Shown here: piece after piece, positions 1 through 11,980 of the stretch
Layout: each line of letters begins with the position of its first letter
Position numbering within the stretch: position 1 is the first letter of the stretch
NCBI GenBank assembly: GCA_964016885.1
Contig: OZ024747.1
Coordinates: 93,744,001-93,808,000, forward strand
Length of the DNA: 64,000 nt
Reading direction: 5' to 3'
Origin: Eledone cirrhosa
Taxonomy: Eukaryota
The notes under the pieces: model-generated
The model's database searches: none
What the model saw: only the letters and a program-made list of their open reading frames with translations
Told to the model about the DNA's origin: nothing
Translations under genes and position numbers: made by a program

Positions 1-180
1 CGTTGACTCTTATGAGATCTTCCGGCTTTTGTCAGGTTTTGTTTTTTGTCTTGCAGGGTGTCCAAAACACCCTCCTCACCAAGTAAACTTGGTGGGGTTA
101 CCGGTTTAGTCGCCGACGACCGACCATGCGACAGGTTGTACTGGTTTACATGTTACCAATAGCACTCAAGAGTGACCCAA
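1..180 (-). mobile_element. 5' UTR end of an RTE-derived element, homologous to 12404-12582
   Basis: Alignable by eye with the 5' part of the bipartite elements at 12404-12582 and 42927-43053. Confidence 0.7.
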
Positions 181-198
181 CATACATACATACTACAT

Positions 199-2600
199 GA
201 TGGCTGCAAACTCGTGTTCAAGTATTGCCATCGCCCGATAAAATATTCAAAAATGTGAAGCACAAATGCGACTCTTTAAACCAGCCAAATACTTGCACCC
301 TCTGGCACACACATGGCAACTTTAGGCTTCCCCGAAACCTTCCATTGCTTTGTTCTGGCTGTATGTTCACATGTATCTTTTAAGACCTCCCATGCTTGTA
401 CATTTCTTACACCTTTTCAGATCATAATCTACATGAGGTCTACTGATATGACTTTGTTCGTGTCTAATCAAACCAGCTTTGCTCAGGCTGACTCGACCAC
501 AATGCTGGCAAACCAGATGATGTTCAACAGCAGGCAGTTCAGAACAGTCTCAATCCTCACCTTCCTTTTCAGTGTTAGGTGTTCTCTCCGACGAGTTTCA
601 AAGTGTTCACCACCTGACTTGATCAAACGTCTCCACTTCACATGCTCGTCAGCCATTTTCTCCCATTCGTCAGATGAAATTCCAGCACAAGCCAAGGTGC
701 CCCTGATACAGTCCCGGTACCGCCTTTTTGATTTATGTGGTGGTCGCCTTCCTTCACACAGTTCTCCATAGAGAAGTTGCTTTGGAATACGACCATCAGA
801 CATCCGGACCACGTGACTGCACCACCTCAACCGATACCGAAAGATTATGCTCTCTATAGTCATGCACCTGCTCCGTTCTAGAACTTCCAAATCACTGGCG
901 AACATTTTCCACCACACCCCAAGTAACTTATGAAGAGATTGTTGGTGAAATCTCTCCAGATCCTTGAGGTGCTTTCTGTATGTAACCCACGTTTCACAAA
1001 CATAAAGTAAAGAGGAGACGACACAAGTCAAATACACTTTCACCTTGGTTTCGATAGTGATACCTCGTCTGGACCATAAACGTTGATGCAGCTGTTCAAA
1101 AGCATCACTGGCTTTCTTGATTCTTAAGGATATTTCATTATCATGCGTGCATGGAGTGTTCAACGTACTACCAAGGTAAACAAACTTGTCAGCAACTTTT
1201 AGCCTCTTTCCGTACACATACACACTTGGTGCAGTGTACTCGTTTCCAGGTACTGGCTGATACATCACAACAGTCTTTTCCAAGCTTATTGTGATGCCCA
1301 AAGTGCTGCAAGCTGCAGAAAAAGTGTTCATAATATGCTGCATGTTACTTTGTGAGTGTGCAAATAGATCGCAGTCGTATGCATACAAAAACTCGGATTA
1401 TAGATGTTGTGCTTGTACCAAAGCGCCTGGTGTTGAACAACCTTCCTGAAGTGCGATACCTGATGTAAACCCCATGAGAACAATATTTGAATGCCATGAG
1501 AAATACTATCGTAAAATATAAGGAAAACAGAGTTGGAGCCGGAATGTCCCCCTGCTTCACTCCATTTTCAACTGATATTGGTTGAGAGATGCTACCACCA
1601 ATACTGACCAAAGCCTTCATGTCATCATGGAAAGAATGCAGAATCTTCTACCCTACCTTGGATTTTTTTCCCACAAAGCAGTTCAATTGACAGTGTCAAA
1701 GGCCTTTGTCAAGTCAACAAAGACCTGGTAAAGGTCCATACATTGTTCGATACACTTTTCCTCTTTCATTTCTGAACCCACACTGCGACTCAGGCAACAC
1801 ATTCAGAGCAACTCTTGGGATCAATCTATCCATCAATATTCAACACGACTTTACCAACTACTGAAAGAAGGGATATGACATGATAATTGCCACATTTATC
1901 CTTGCCGTCCTCTCCTTTATGGAGAATCACCATGAGCGCATCCTTCTTGTGGGACATTCTCATCTTCCCACACCATTTTCATGAGGTCAGTCAGGCGCTG
2001 CGTGAAGTTTTCACCACCACGCTTCAAAACCTCTCCACTCAGACCATCCATACCAGGACTTACCACAGTTCAGCTTATGCACAACAGAAGTCCCCTCTGC
2101 AAGAGAAGATACATTAGCCATCTCATATGCTTCACTGGTTCAATAGGAATGGAACAAATGAAATCATCATCAACCTGGGATGGCTGGTTTAAGAGCTCAT
2201 TAAAGTGATCTCTCTATTTGTCGAGTGTCTTTTGGGTCGCGCAGTAATTGCTTGCCATCTTTTGATCTCAAAGGGGCCACTGGAGAGCTGAAAGGGCCAT
2301 ACACCTCTGTGAGTAGAAAGTGCGGCAGTTTCACATTGTTGCCGTCAGATGCCACTTGAACTTCATCTGCTTTGTTGCTCCACCAGGTATTTTGCATAGC
2401 CCTGAGTTTCACCTGCACTTCCTTCTTTACCTGTCTGTAACGCTCATAATTGTCGCCAACAGAGCTACCACCTTTAAGAACTGCATCAAGTGCCTTTTGT
2501 TTTGTCTAGCAGAGCCTTGACCTCCTGGTCATTCTCATCAAACCAGTCCGTTTTCTTGTGACAAAGCCAAGGAGCTCTGCTGAAGTCCTTCCAGTTGTTC
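199..2600 (-). mobile_element. Degenerate 5'-truncated RTE (BovB-like) LINE
   Basis: Fragmented ORFs 2200-2418, 1345-1620 (GVKQGDIPAPTLF) and 483-1388 (YAYDCDL, FVYLGS, RLRWCSHVVRMSDGRIPKQLLYGEL) are typical RTE RT and C-terminal sequence. Confidence 0.9.
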
Positions 2601-2913
2601 TCATACACACATACATACTTACATATATACATGTATACATACATGCATGCATCCATACATACATACATCCATACATGTATACACACATACATACATCCAT
2701 CCATACGTGTATATATACATACATACAATGGTTAAAGTGTTTGACTGACGACCATAAGTTCATGGGTTCATATTTGCGACCGGGTAGTTATTGAATCAAC
2801 CTGATATCAATGTTTATTATACAGCACTCTTCCTCTTTGGTATAATATGACACATAGTAATATCTAACATAGTACCCATCTAATCTGTTATAATATGATT
2901 TACCTTTCCTCTG

Positions 2914-3030
2914 TGAAGGCACATGTCTTAGGGGTTACGGTACTGGACTAACCATTATAAAGTCATGGGCTCGTTTCTTTGATCCTGCAGCATGTTGCGT
3001 CCTTCAGTAAAATACTTTAGTTTGTGTAGC
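2914..3030 (+). mobile_element. Old degenerate tRNA-head/CORE-like SINE fragment
   Basis: gaaggcacatgtcttagggg...tgttgcgtccttcagtaaaatacttt is a diverged version of the SINE head and core at 18774. Confidence 0.5.
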
Positions 3031-3364
3031 ATCTTCTACCAGGACTTGCGGCAGACATAATATCAGTAATGGAAAAAACCTTGTTTCATTAGTATGACCT
3101 GGAAATCAGTTCCACTCTATTTATCTTCTTTATTAAAGGCAATCAAATTATTTTTTATTTTATTCTTTTTCTTATTTTTCCATGTTTGTTAAATAAATTC
3201 CAAAAAATCGAACTAAATTGAAATTTTGTAATAAAATTTCCATAAAAGTTAATGTTTACAATACAATAAAATGTAATAAAATGTATTGAAGTCGACGAAA
3301 TGTGGACCTTCATTTTTGAAAGATGGATAAGGCTATAAGCAGGCCTTACAATATTGTACCACAA

Positions 3365-3587
3365 TTTTCCTTTGTGCAAAAGTGGGCAGCCGAATTTAGG
3401 AAAGGATAGGGGATTCTTGAAGATGATCCAATGTCTGGACATCCGACAACTGCCACTACCGAGGAAAACATTGATCTCAGTACTGCAACACCGATGGAAG
3501 AAGTGTGTGGAACGCAAGGGAGACTATGTTGAAAAATAAACCTCATTTGGTCACATTCCATGAGAGTATCTTTGTCAACCTTCGTAT
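3365..3587 (+). mobile_element. Internally deleted mariner remnant
   Basis: N-terminal HTH peptide VQKWAAEFRKG*GILEDDPMSGHPTTATTEENID is fused directly to C-terminal LQHRWKKCVERKGDYVEK*; ends ccttcgta (TIR end plus TA). Confidence 0.85.
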
Positions 3588-3864
3588 CTATGCGCAATAT
3601 ACGTAAAGATACAGAATTGCGAGCACGACAACGCTATTAGCTGTCATATTTGTTGGTGAAAAAAATTTGATTATAAAACTTAAATTTATGAATGACTTGT
3701 TTTCTACATTGATAACCATGACTTGTTTTCTAATTAACTTAAATTTGTTTTCTAATTTGGCCCTTTTAAGGGCCACCTATATTTTCATTTAAGTAATTCC
3801 ACTTACATCGATATGCTTTATAACCATGACTTGTTTTCTAATTTGGCCCTTTTAAGTCTTCCCT

Positions 3865-4390
3865 CTCTCTCTCAAATTATCCCTCTTATACAGTTTCTCT
3901 CTCAACTCACCACATGTCCATACCATCTGTCTTCTCTCCCACACAATACAACTTATCCCTCTTACACACAGTTTCTCTCTCAACACATCACATGTCCATA
4001 CCATCTCAGTCTTCTCTCCCACACACCACAACTTATCCCTCTTATACCCAGTTCCTCTCTCAACTCATCACATGTCCATACCATCTCAGTCTTCTCTTCC
4101 ACACACTACAACTTATCCCTCTTATACCCAGTTTCTCTCTCAACTCATCACATGTCCATACCATCTCAGTCTTCTCTCCCACACACTACAACTTATCCCT
4201 CTTATACCCAGTTTCTCCCTCAACACATCACATGTCCATACCATCTCAGTCTTCTCTCCCACACACTACAACTTATCCCTCTTATACCCAGTTTCTCTCT
4301 CAACACATCACATGTCCATACTATCTCAGTCTTCTCTCCCACACACTACAACTTATCCCTCTCAGATACAGTTTCTCTCTCAACTCATCT
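3865..4390. repeat. 79-bp minisatellite (~6.5 units) derived from RTE RT C-terminal coding sequence
   Basis: Period 79. The minus strand reads [11 protein letters not shown]...RRLRWYGHV-like and continues into an RTE fragment to ~4662. Confidence 0.9.
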
Positions 4391-4662
4391 TTGCTTGGTC
4401 ATTCACGCACATTGACATTGAGCATGCTTGCCTCATTTCTCTCCAGCCGTCGCATATCCTCTGCAGTTGCTGCCCATGTCTCACTACCATGCAGCATTGC
4501 GCTCCTCACACAGGCATCATATAACTGGCCTTTCGTACGCATGGGGAGAAACCCTTCTTTGTCAGCAGAGGAAGCAGCTCCCTAAACTTCTTCCAACCCG
4601 TCCTTATTCCAGATACTAGGGCCTCGGAGCACCCTCCTCCATTGCTAATCTGATCACCTAGA
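4390..4662 (-). mobile_element. RTE LINE RT fragment
   Basis: Minus strand encodes YLGDQISNGGGCSEA...GWKKFRELLPLL...YDACVRSAMLHGSETWA-like sequence, homologous to ~9435-9720. Confidence 0.85.
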
Positions 4663-4678
4663 TATTATCTACTTTTAG

Positions 4679-4787
4679 ATTCAGAATAACAGCTCCAACC
4701 TAGAAAAGTGCCTGCCTTGTATTGTGCTACTGGGACGTCTGCTAGAAAGTTCGAAAGACTTGCTTAAGACATTCTACCATTCTTATA
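4679..4787 (+). pseudogene. MEI1 N-terminal-like exon of an inverted partial duplicate (IQNNSSNLEKCLPCIVLLGRLLESSKDLLKTFYHSY)
   Basis: ctacttttag|ATT...TATA|gtgagt; 109 nt open, phase 0 to 1; resembles human MEI1 LATLTLLGKLVDAIPAL (recalled). Confidence 0.6.
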
Positions 4788-4949
4788 GTGAGTATTACAA
4801 TATTACCAGATTCTTTTACTGGTTTCAGTCATTAGACTGTGGCCATGTGGGGGCACTGCCTTGATTTATTTGTCTCTATCCTTCATCACTAACTCAATTA
4901 CACACAGTTTCTTTCCCCCCTCTCTCTCTGTATATATCTATCTATCTAA

Positions 4950-5379
4950 GACAGAGAATGTCTGTAGGTTTTGCTTTGTACATAGGCAAGGTGGGTCTTC
5001 TGCATTACTGCGTAGCGCCAAAGATCTCGGTCCAGTGACATTGTCTTAGAGAGGTGCAAGTGGTCAGAATTTATCAAATCATCATTTTGCCGTGGCACCT
5101 CCACGACCACTTTGCAGTGTGGGCTGGGTGATTTTTTTTCCGTGGCACCTACACGTCCACTTTTCAGTGTGGGCTGCGTGCTTTGTTGCCGTGGCACCTC
5201 CACGACCACTTTGCAGTGGAATGATAGGGACCCCAGTCCCAATCATCTCATTTCTACAGCTGAATAAACTGGAGCAATGTGAAATAAAGTGTCTTGCTCA
5301 AGGAAACAACACATCACCCGGTATGAGAATTGAACTCACAACCTTTTGATTGCAAGGCCAATGCTCTAACCACTAAGCC

Positions 5380-5380
<1 letters not shown>
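4950..5380 (-). mobile_element. SINE (tRNA head, core, 49-bp units) fused to an RTE ORF 3' end
   Basis: 5380-5090 matches the SINE at 20024; 5085-4950 encodes DDLINSDHLHLSKTMSLDRDLWRYAV. Confidence 0.85.
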
Positions 5381-5444
<64 letters not shown>

Positions 5445-5545
5445 TATATATATAATGTAGGAGGTGAGTTTTATTGTAGTACAATAAAGCAATGCAGATG
5501 ATATCGGATAAGAAGCACTCTACAGTTTGTAGGACTGGAGTATAC

Positions 5546-5874
5546 ATAATATATAAGATCAAAAGATGGTTAAAGGAGTTCCATGTATTTTATTATGCGC
5601 ATCTCTCCCTCTCCACCTTCACTCTCATCTCCACCCCCTTTTTTCACCCCCACCTCTCTCTCTAAATAAAATATTTTTCCCAATATCACACATCAATCTA
5701 AAACTACTTTTCATATGTTGATTTAAAACTGCACTATCCACAAGTGTTTTTTACCCTTCATATCATGTTCTCCTGTTTTATCTGATGAAAACACAAATAT
5801 TATTGCATGATGATGTTTGTTTTTGAAATGCGCATAATAAAATACATGGAACTCCTTTAACCATCTTTTGATCT

Positions 5875-5884
<10 letters not shown>
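5546..5884 (+). mobile_element. Penelope-like pLTR remnant with inverted tail
   Basis: 5546-5602 is the reverse complement of 5828-5884; the element contains the hammerhead at 5776-5842. Confidence 0.7.
5776..5842 (+). ncRNA. Type I hammerhead ribozyme, family A
   Basis: ttttat-CTGATGA-long stem II-GAA-ATGCGCAT (palindromic stem III)-A-ataaaa; stem I is 6 bp. Confidence 0.8.
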
Positions 5885-5947
<63 letters not shown>

Positions 5948-5948
<1 letters not shown>

Positions 5949-6207
5949 CTTGTTAAATACAAGGACCTCATTCAATCATTACCTTCAATCCTTTCCTATC
6001 TCTTCTCCTTCTTATAAATTCCTTAATTCCTTAATTCTAGCGTATTTTCAAAACAAAACAAAATCCTTTTCCTTCTTTCGAAACTCTAAATCCCGCTTCT
6101 ACTAGCCCTCGACCCCCCCCCCTCCCTCTACTTCACGAGGGCATGGCGGTCAACCGCCCCAATACCTACATCATGCGGCCAAACCTCCTCCCCTCTCTCT
6201 CTCTTAG

Positions 6208-6252
<45 letters not shown>

Positions 6253-9200
6253 AGATAGAAATCACTTCGCCAAATTTCATTGCATTGCTGTTCCCTCCAC
6301 GATAATCATGTAACGTAATGTACATATTTTTCTTTCATCTCTACCTCCACACTCCTATTTCGTATCAAGTCCAAATAGCCAATCTATTGCTAAAACAAAT
6401 CTGCATTTTTTGTTATCATTAATTGTTAGATACGAGAGTTTTTGTCGTATTGAACAGAACAAATCTTGTATTTTTGTTAATCGCTTGTTAAATACAAGGA
6501 CCTCATTCAATCATTACCTTCAATCCTTTCCTATCTCTTCTCCTTCTTATAAATTCCTTAATTCTAGCGTATTTTCAAAACAAAACAAAATCCTTTTCCT
6601 TCTTTCGAAACTCTAAACTCCCGCTTCTACTAGCCCTCGACCTTCTAGCTAGCTACCTACCCAACACCCCTCTCTCCCGCCCCCATGCACCACCATTGTT
6701 ATTACGTGGACCAATCATAAGCCAGAGCCCCCACGCATCACCAGTATTATTATTACGCGGACCAATCATAAGCCAGAGGCCTATACTATCGCTTGCCTGG
6801 CTGCCTTTCGATATATGATGGATGGATGGACTGCGGAATCCTGGAGAGTGGAGGAGAGAGAGAAAAATCTGGACGCTCAGCGACAATGCCAAAGATAAAG
6901 ACAAATTCACCTCGTGGACGAGAATGCGAGCACTCCTCATTGTTTCGACCGCAGACGGCTAACATAACCCCATCGCCCCCAACCCCCCAATGCAATCCAA
7001 AACTTCAGAGTTGGTACCATAAATGCTTGAACGTAAGGAGGTCGATGTTTGTTGTATTCAAGAGACCAGATGGAGGGGTGGGTCTGCTAGATTCATTGAG
7101 GGTAAAAAACGATGTTATAAGCTTTTCTGGGCGGGAAACGACGATGGGCTGGGTGGAGTAGGAATCATGGTAGCAGAAAAGTGGGCAGATAAGATAATAG
7201 ACGTAAATAGAGTGAACGACAGAATAATTAAAATAAGACTTGTCCTCAATAGAACTACGGTGACACTAATATCTGCGTACGCACCCCAATCCGGACTGGC
7301 CGGCACTATAAAAGACAGATTCTATGAGACACTGATGCTCACTACCTCCCAAATAACCGACAGTGACTATATAATTATCGCAGGCGACCTAAATGGTCAC
7401 GTTGGACAACATTGTGATGGCTACGACGAAATCCATGGAGGCTATGGGTTTGGTACTAGAAATGAGGAAGGCTCCATAATCCTAGAATTCTGTGACGCAA
7501 ATAACCTAACTATCTGTAACACTAACTTCAAAAAACGTGACAATCACCTGATCACCTATAGATCCGGGGAACACACAAGCCAGGTAGATTATATCCTTAC
7601 CAGAAGACGTGACAGAGTGTCTGTTGTAAACACTAAATCCCTCCCCCATGAAGAATGCACCTCCCAACATAGACTGATAATTAGTGACCTCATAGTCAGG
7701 ACGAGACGTACTCGACAGCAGAAGAGGACTATCCTCAGGAGAAAAATATGGAAGCTAAAGGACCCCACAGCCAGAAATAAATTTCAAAGCATATTACTTG
7801 ATGCTTTCGACAGTAAGGAAGAGCATTTAGAGTCGGACAATATAGAGGGACAGTGGGAATTTCTGAAAGCAAACCTGCTGATGGCGACAGACGAAGTCTG
7901 TGGCTGGAGCAGGCCTGTAGGCAGGAGGAGAGTAACATGGTGGTGGAACAGTAGGGTGGAGGGGTCAATTAAGGCCAAAAAGCAGGCTTGGAAAGTATGG
8001 CGGGATGGGGGAAGTAGAGAAGACTATCAAGTGGCCAGGAGGGAGGCTAGGAGACAAGTGTACTTCGCAAGAAGGGAAGCAGAGGAAAGAAAGTTCAAGC
8101 ATGTTCTACAACGCGAGGACCAAAAACGTGAGGTGTTCAGGATTGCTAGGCAATGTGTCAAGGAAAACCGTGATATTGTCGGGGAGAAGTGTGTACTTAA
8201 TGATGACGGCGTACTTGCCATCACCGACGCTGATAAGAAGGTAGCTTGGAAGTGCCACTATGAAAGGCTACTAAATGAGGAGAATAAATGGGAGAAAGTC
8301 AGTCTTCCCCCACATCGACCCAATAGAGGGACCAGCAGTGTTAGTCGAGGGTAGTATAATAAGTAAGGCAATCAAGGATATGAAGACGGGTAAGGCGGCT
8401 GGGCCTTCGGAAATAGTTGCTGAGATGCTGAAGGCATCTGGCTCGGTGGGACACACCTTGGTCACTCGGATAGTTAACCAAGTCGTACAGAATGGGGTTG
8501 TTCCGAAGGACTGGCATAGCATCATCATCGTTAACTGTTATAAGGGTAAAGGAGATGCCCTAGATAGGAGTAACTATAGAGGCATTAAACTAATCGACCA
8601 GGTCATGAAGGTCACGGAAAAAGTAATAGCGCAACTAATCAGAGAGAGAATTGACCTAGATGAAATGCAGTTCGGGTTTGTGTCAGGCAAAAGTACCACA
8701 GACGCTCTTTTCATTGTACGTCAACTACAGGAGAAGTACCTAGCTAAAGGTAAACCCCTCTACTTAGCTTTTGTCGACTTGGAGAAAGCCTTCGACAGAG
8801 TCCCCCGTTCCATTATCTGGTGGGCCCTTAGAAAACTAGGTGTCGACGAATGGCTTGTGAGAGCTATACAAGCCATGTATAAAGAAACAGTCAGCAAGGT
8901 TAGAATTAACAACGAATATAGTGAAGAGTTTAGCGTAAAAGTTGGCGTCCATCAGGGCTCTGTTCTCAGCCCCCTACTATTTATTATTGCCCTTCAGGCT
9001 ATAACAGAGGAGTTCAAGACCGGCTGCCCATGGGAACTCCTATACGCAGACGACCTGACACTCATAGCGGAATCAATGGCCGAGCTAGAGAAGAAATTCC
9101 AAACATGGAAGCACGGCCTAGAATCAAAAGGCCTTAAAATTAACCTGGCTAAGACTAAAGTTCTAGTTTGTAGGAAAGAAAATAAGGCGGCGGTCCCTTC

Positions 9201-10378
9201 CGGGAAATGGCCATGCTCAGTGTGTAGGAAAGGCGTAGGTAGAAACTCCATTTTATGTCCCAAATGCAAAGTATGGGTGCATAAAAGATGTAGTGGGATC
9301 ACAGGTAAGCTAACTAAGAACTTAGATTTTACATGTGGGCGGTGCTGTTGTGCAATAAGTAGCAGCGAGTGCCCACAAAATACTAACTGTTTCAATTGCG
9401 CAGAGGGCTCTATAGAAATAGTCGACAGCTTCCGTTACCTGGGTGACAAAATCAGCAGTGGGGGAGGGTGCTCTGAAAGTACAGTAGCTAGAATCAGAAC
9501 TGGATGGAAAAAGTTCAGAGAGCTTATACCACTATTAGCTGCTAAAGGGTTCTCCCTAAAAATGAAAGGCAGGTTGTATGATGCCTGCATACGAACAGCA
9601 ATGTTGCATGGCAGTGAGACCTGGGCATTGTGCGCAGAGGATATACGCAGAGTAGAGAGGAACGAAGCTTGCATGCTCCGCTGGATGTGTAATAGTAATA
9701 TACGTGAACGGCAAAGCATAAACGAACTAAGGAAAAAATTAGAAATAAGAGGGATCAGATGTTGTTTACTCGAGAGAAGGCTACGTTGGTACGGACACGT
9801 GATGCGCATGAAAGTCGATAGCTGTATAACAAAGTGCAGGGCAATAAAGATAGACGGTAGCCACGGAATAGGCAGACCTAGAAAATCCTGGGACGAGCTG
9901 ATAAACTCCGACCTCACACACTTACACCTCTCCAAGACAATGTCACTGGACCGAGACCTTTGGCGGTACTCAGTAATAGAGAAGACCCGCCTTACCTAAA
10001 TACATAGTAAAACCTACTACAGCCAGTAGGCATCTCTAACAAAATACACCCCCGTCCCACCACACCACCCCTTCCTATGTAAAGTTATGTTGGTGCCACA
10101 ACATCCAGGCCGAAACAAATGAGATCGTGTAGGTGTCACGACAAAAAAACACACAGTCCACGCTGTAATGTGGCCGTGTAGGCAACACGGTAAAAACCTC
10201 CCAGTCCCACACTGTAAATGTGGTTGGTGTTAGGAAGGGCATCCAACTGTAGAAAACCTGCCAGACAGTCCTATGCGAGCAAGACAATCACTCTTGCCTC
10301 AAGTGGGAATACCCCCGTCCAAACCCATGCAAGCGTGGAACACGGACGTTAAACGTTGATGATGATGATGATGATGAT
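5948..10378 (+). mobile_element. RTE-clade LINE copy 1, near full length (APE + RT with PHD finger)
   Basis: APE motifs CIQET, GDLNGH, VDYIL, SQHRL (7023-8354) and RT motifs QGS, YADD, YLG (8275-9999). One frameshift near 8305; 3' (GAT)n tail; flanked by (TA)n. Confidence 0.95.
7023..9999 (+). pseudogene. RTE APE-RT ORF, frameshifted near 8305
   Basis: Overlapping ORFs 7023-8354 and 8275-9999 join into one RTE polyprotein; a small deletion near 7020 removes part of the GTLKGRSNEVVE segment seen in copy 2. Confidence 0.9.
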
Positions 10379-10429
10379 ATATATATATATATACCCACAT
10401 GTCACTAAATCTCTTTCTCTCTCTAACAG

Positions 10430-10541
10430 ACCTCACTCTGTGATGTCTGGCTGTCTCGCTGACCCATCCCAATACTGATGTCCAGCTCTCCATTCTCTAC
10501 ATCATCCTACTGATGGTCAAAGAACCAGTTATTAGACTATC
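10430..10541 (+). pseudogene. Damaged MEI1 N-terminal-like exon (NLTL*CLAVSLTHPNTDVQLS/ILYIILLMVKEPVIRLS)
   Basis: ctctttctctctctaacag| acceptor, phase 1, compatible with 4679-4787. It has an in-frame TGA, a +1 frameshift and is cut by a repeat at ~10542. Resembles human [20 protein letters not shown] (recalled). Confidence 0.55.
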
Positions 10542-11003
10542 CCTGTCAAAGGGCAAAGGAGCTCTTAAGAGTCAATGGCCATCCAAAATCACCGGGAGAG
10601 ATGACCCCTTAGCCTTTGTCAAGGCAGAATTCTAGGAGAAGGTAAACTCTGATATAACACCTGCAACCCTGATGGTATCCAATGATGTTGACTTGTTCTT
10701 CTTTTTGGTAAATATCATCGTGGTTAAGAAAGTGGGACTGGCTTTGTGCAGTGCCTTGGCTCACTATAAAAGCTTCACGGCACAGGTATTGCTTTATATC
10801 TGGAGATCTCTCTGCACTTGTCATCACGGGGTACAATGGGCCCAGCACTATGTGTCAGTAATTGTCACAAGTGTAGTGTTTGTACCAGAGTTTTCAAATC
10901 GCTAGCTGGACTAAAAAGTCACACTCGTTCAGCGCATCAGTATGGGTTCTCCTACATGGATATAAAGTTATGGCCGTACTCGAAAACGAGTTGGCAGCCA
11001 CCA
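10542..11003 (+). mobile_element. Bipartite non-autonomous RTE-derived element (5'-truncated)
   Basis: Near-identical to 11981-12582, 41360-41770 and 42499-43053; the 3' part encodes [22 protein letters not shown]. Confidence 0.85.
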
Positions 11004-11043
11004 TGTATGTGTGTATGAACGTGTATATATATATATATATATA

Positions 11044-11417
11044 GTTAGAGCATTGGCCTTGCAATCGAAAGGTTGTGAGTTCAATTCTCAGACCGGGTGA
11101 TGTGTTGTTTCCTTGAGCAAGACACTTTATTTCACATTGCTCCAGTTTACTCAGCTGTAGAAATGAGATGATAGGGGCTGGGGTCCCTATCATTCCACTG
11201 TAAAGTGGTCGTGGAGGTGCCACAGCAAAAAAGTACCCACCACTCACTGTAAAGTGGTCGTGGAGGTGCCACAGCAAAAAAGCACCCAGCACTCACTGTA
11301 AATGAGGTTGGTGTTAGGAAGGGCATCCAGCTGTAGAAATCAAGCCAGTATCAGTTGCCGTCCCACCCTTGCAAGCAGGGAAAAGCGGACGTAAAATGAT
11401 GATGATGATGATGATGA
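11044..11417 (+). mobile_element. tRNA/CORE-like SINE with RTE 3' tail (2 internal 49-bp units)
   Basis: B-box gagttcaattc, core tgtgttgtttccttgagcaagacacttt, tail ending (gat)n. Confidence 0.9.
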
Positions 11418-11749
11418 TATATATATATATATCTGTATATATATACATATATAACGCCGGGTTCTTCTACGTGGAAAAGTCGTTCTTGTCTTGTCTGTTG
11501 CCGTTTCTGGCGCTCCTCGTCAAGCTGGTGCTCGGCGTGCCGCCCGTAGGAAGAAGGATGGGTGCCATACGGAATGGCTGGGTGAGGGGTCACAGAAATC
11601 TCCCCTCGGGTCACCCCCGAAGAGATGGAACTCCTCTGAAATACCTAAATAGTCGGCCATATATATATATATATATAAACCCAGACACGTTCCATCATCC
11701 ATTTTTCTAAAAAAATAAATCATACACACAACACCAGCATCAACAGTTT

Positions 11750-11970
11750 TCCAAGAGATGTCAACATGAATGGACCTGTTATTTTTATCTAAAGACATTT
11801 TTTCCAATTCCATCCTGCCCGTCCTCTTTATCTTATTTCTCATTCTTTCTTCTGATGAAGGACTAGCGCCCGAAACGTTAATACCCTCTTCCTGCTATAT
11901 CAATCGTTAACCTAATATATCCCTTCCATATACTGTACTGATTGTGTTGTTATTTCTGTTTACCTTTTAC
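11750..11970 (+). mobile_element. Penelope-like 3' fragment, family C, with minimal hammerhead 11848-11883
   Basis: Repeated at 16965-17183 and 20970-21163; CTGATGAAGGACTAGCGCCCGAAACGTT. Confidence 0.75.
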
Positions 11971-11980
11971 ATATATATAT

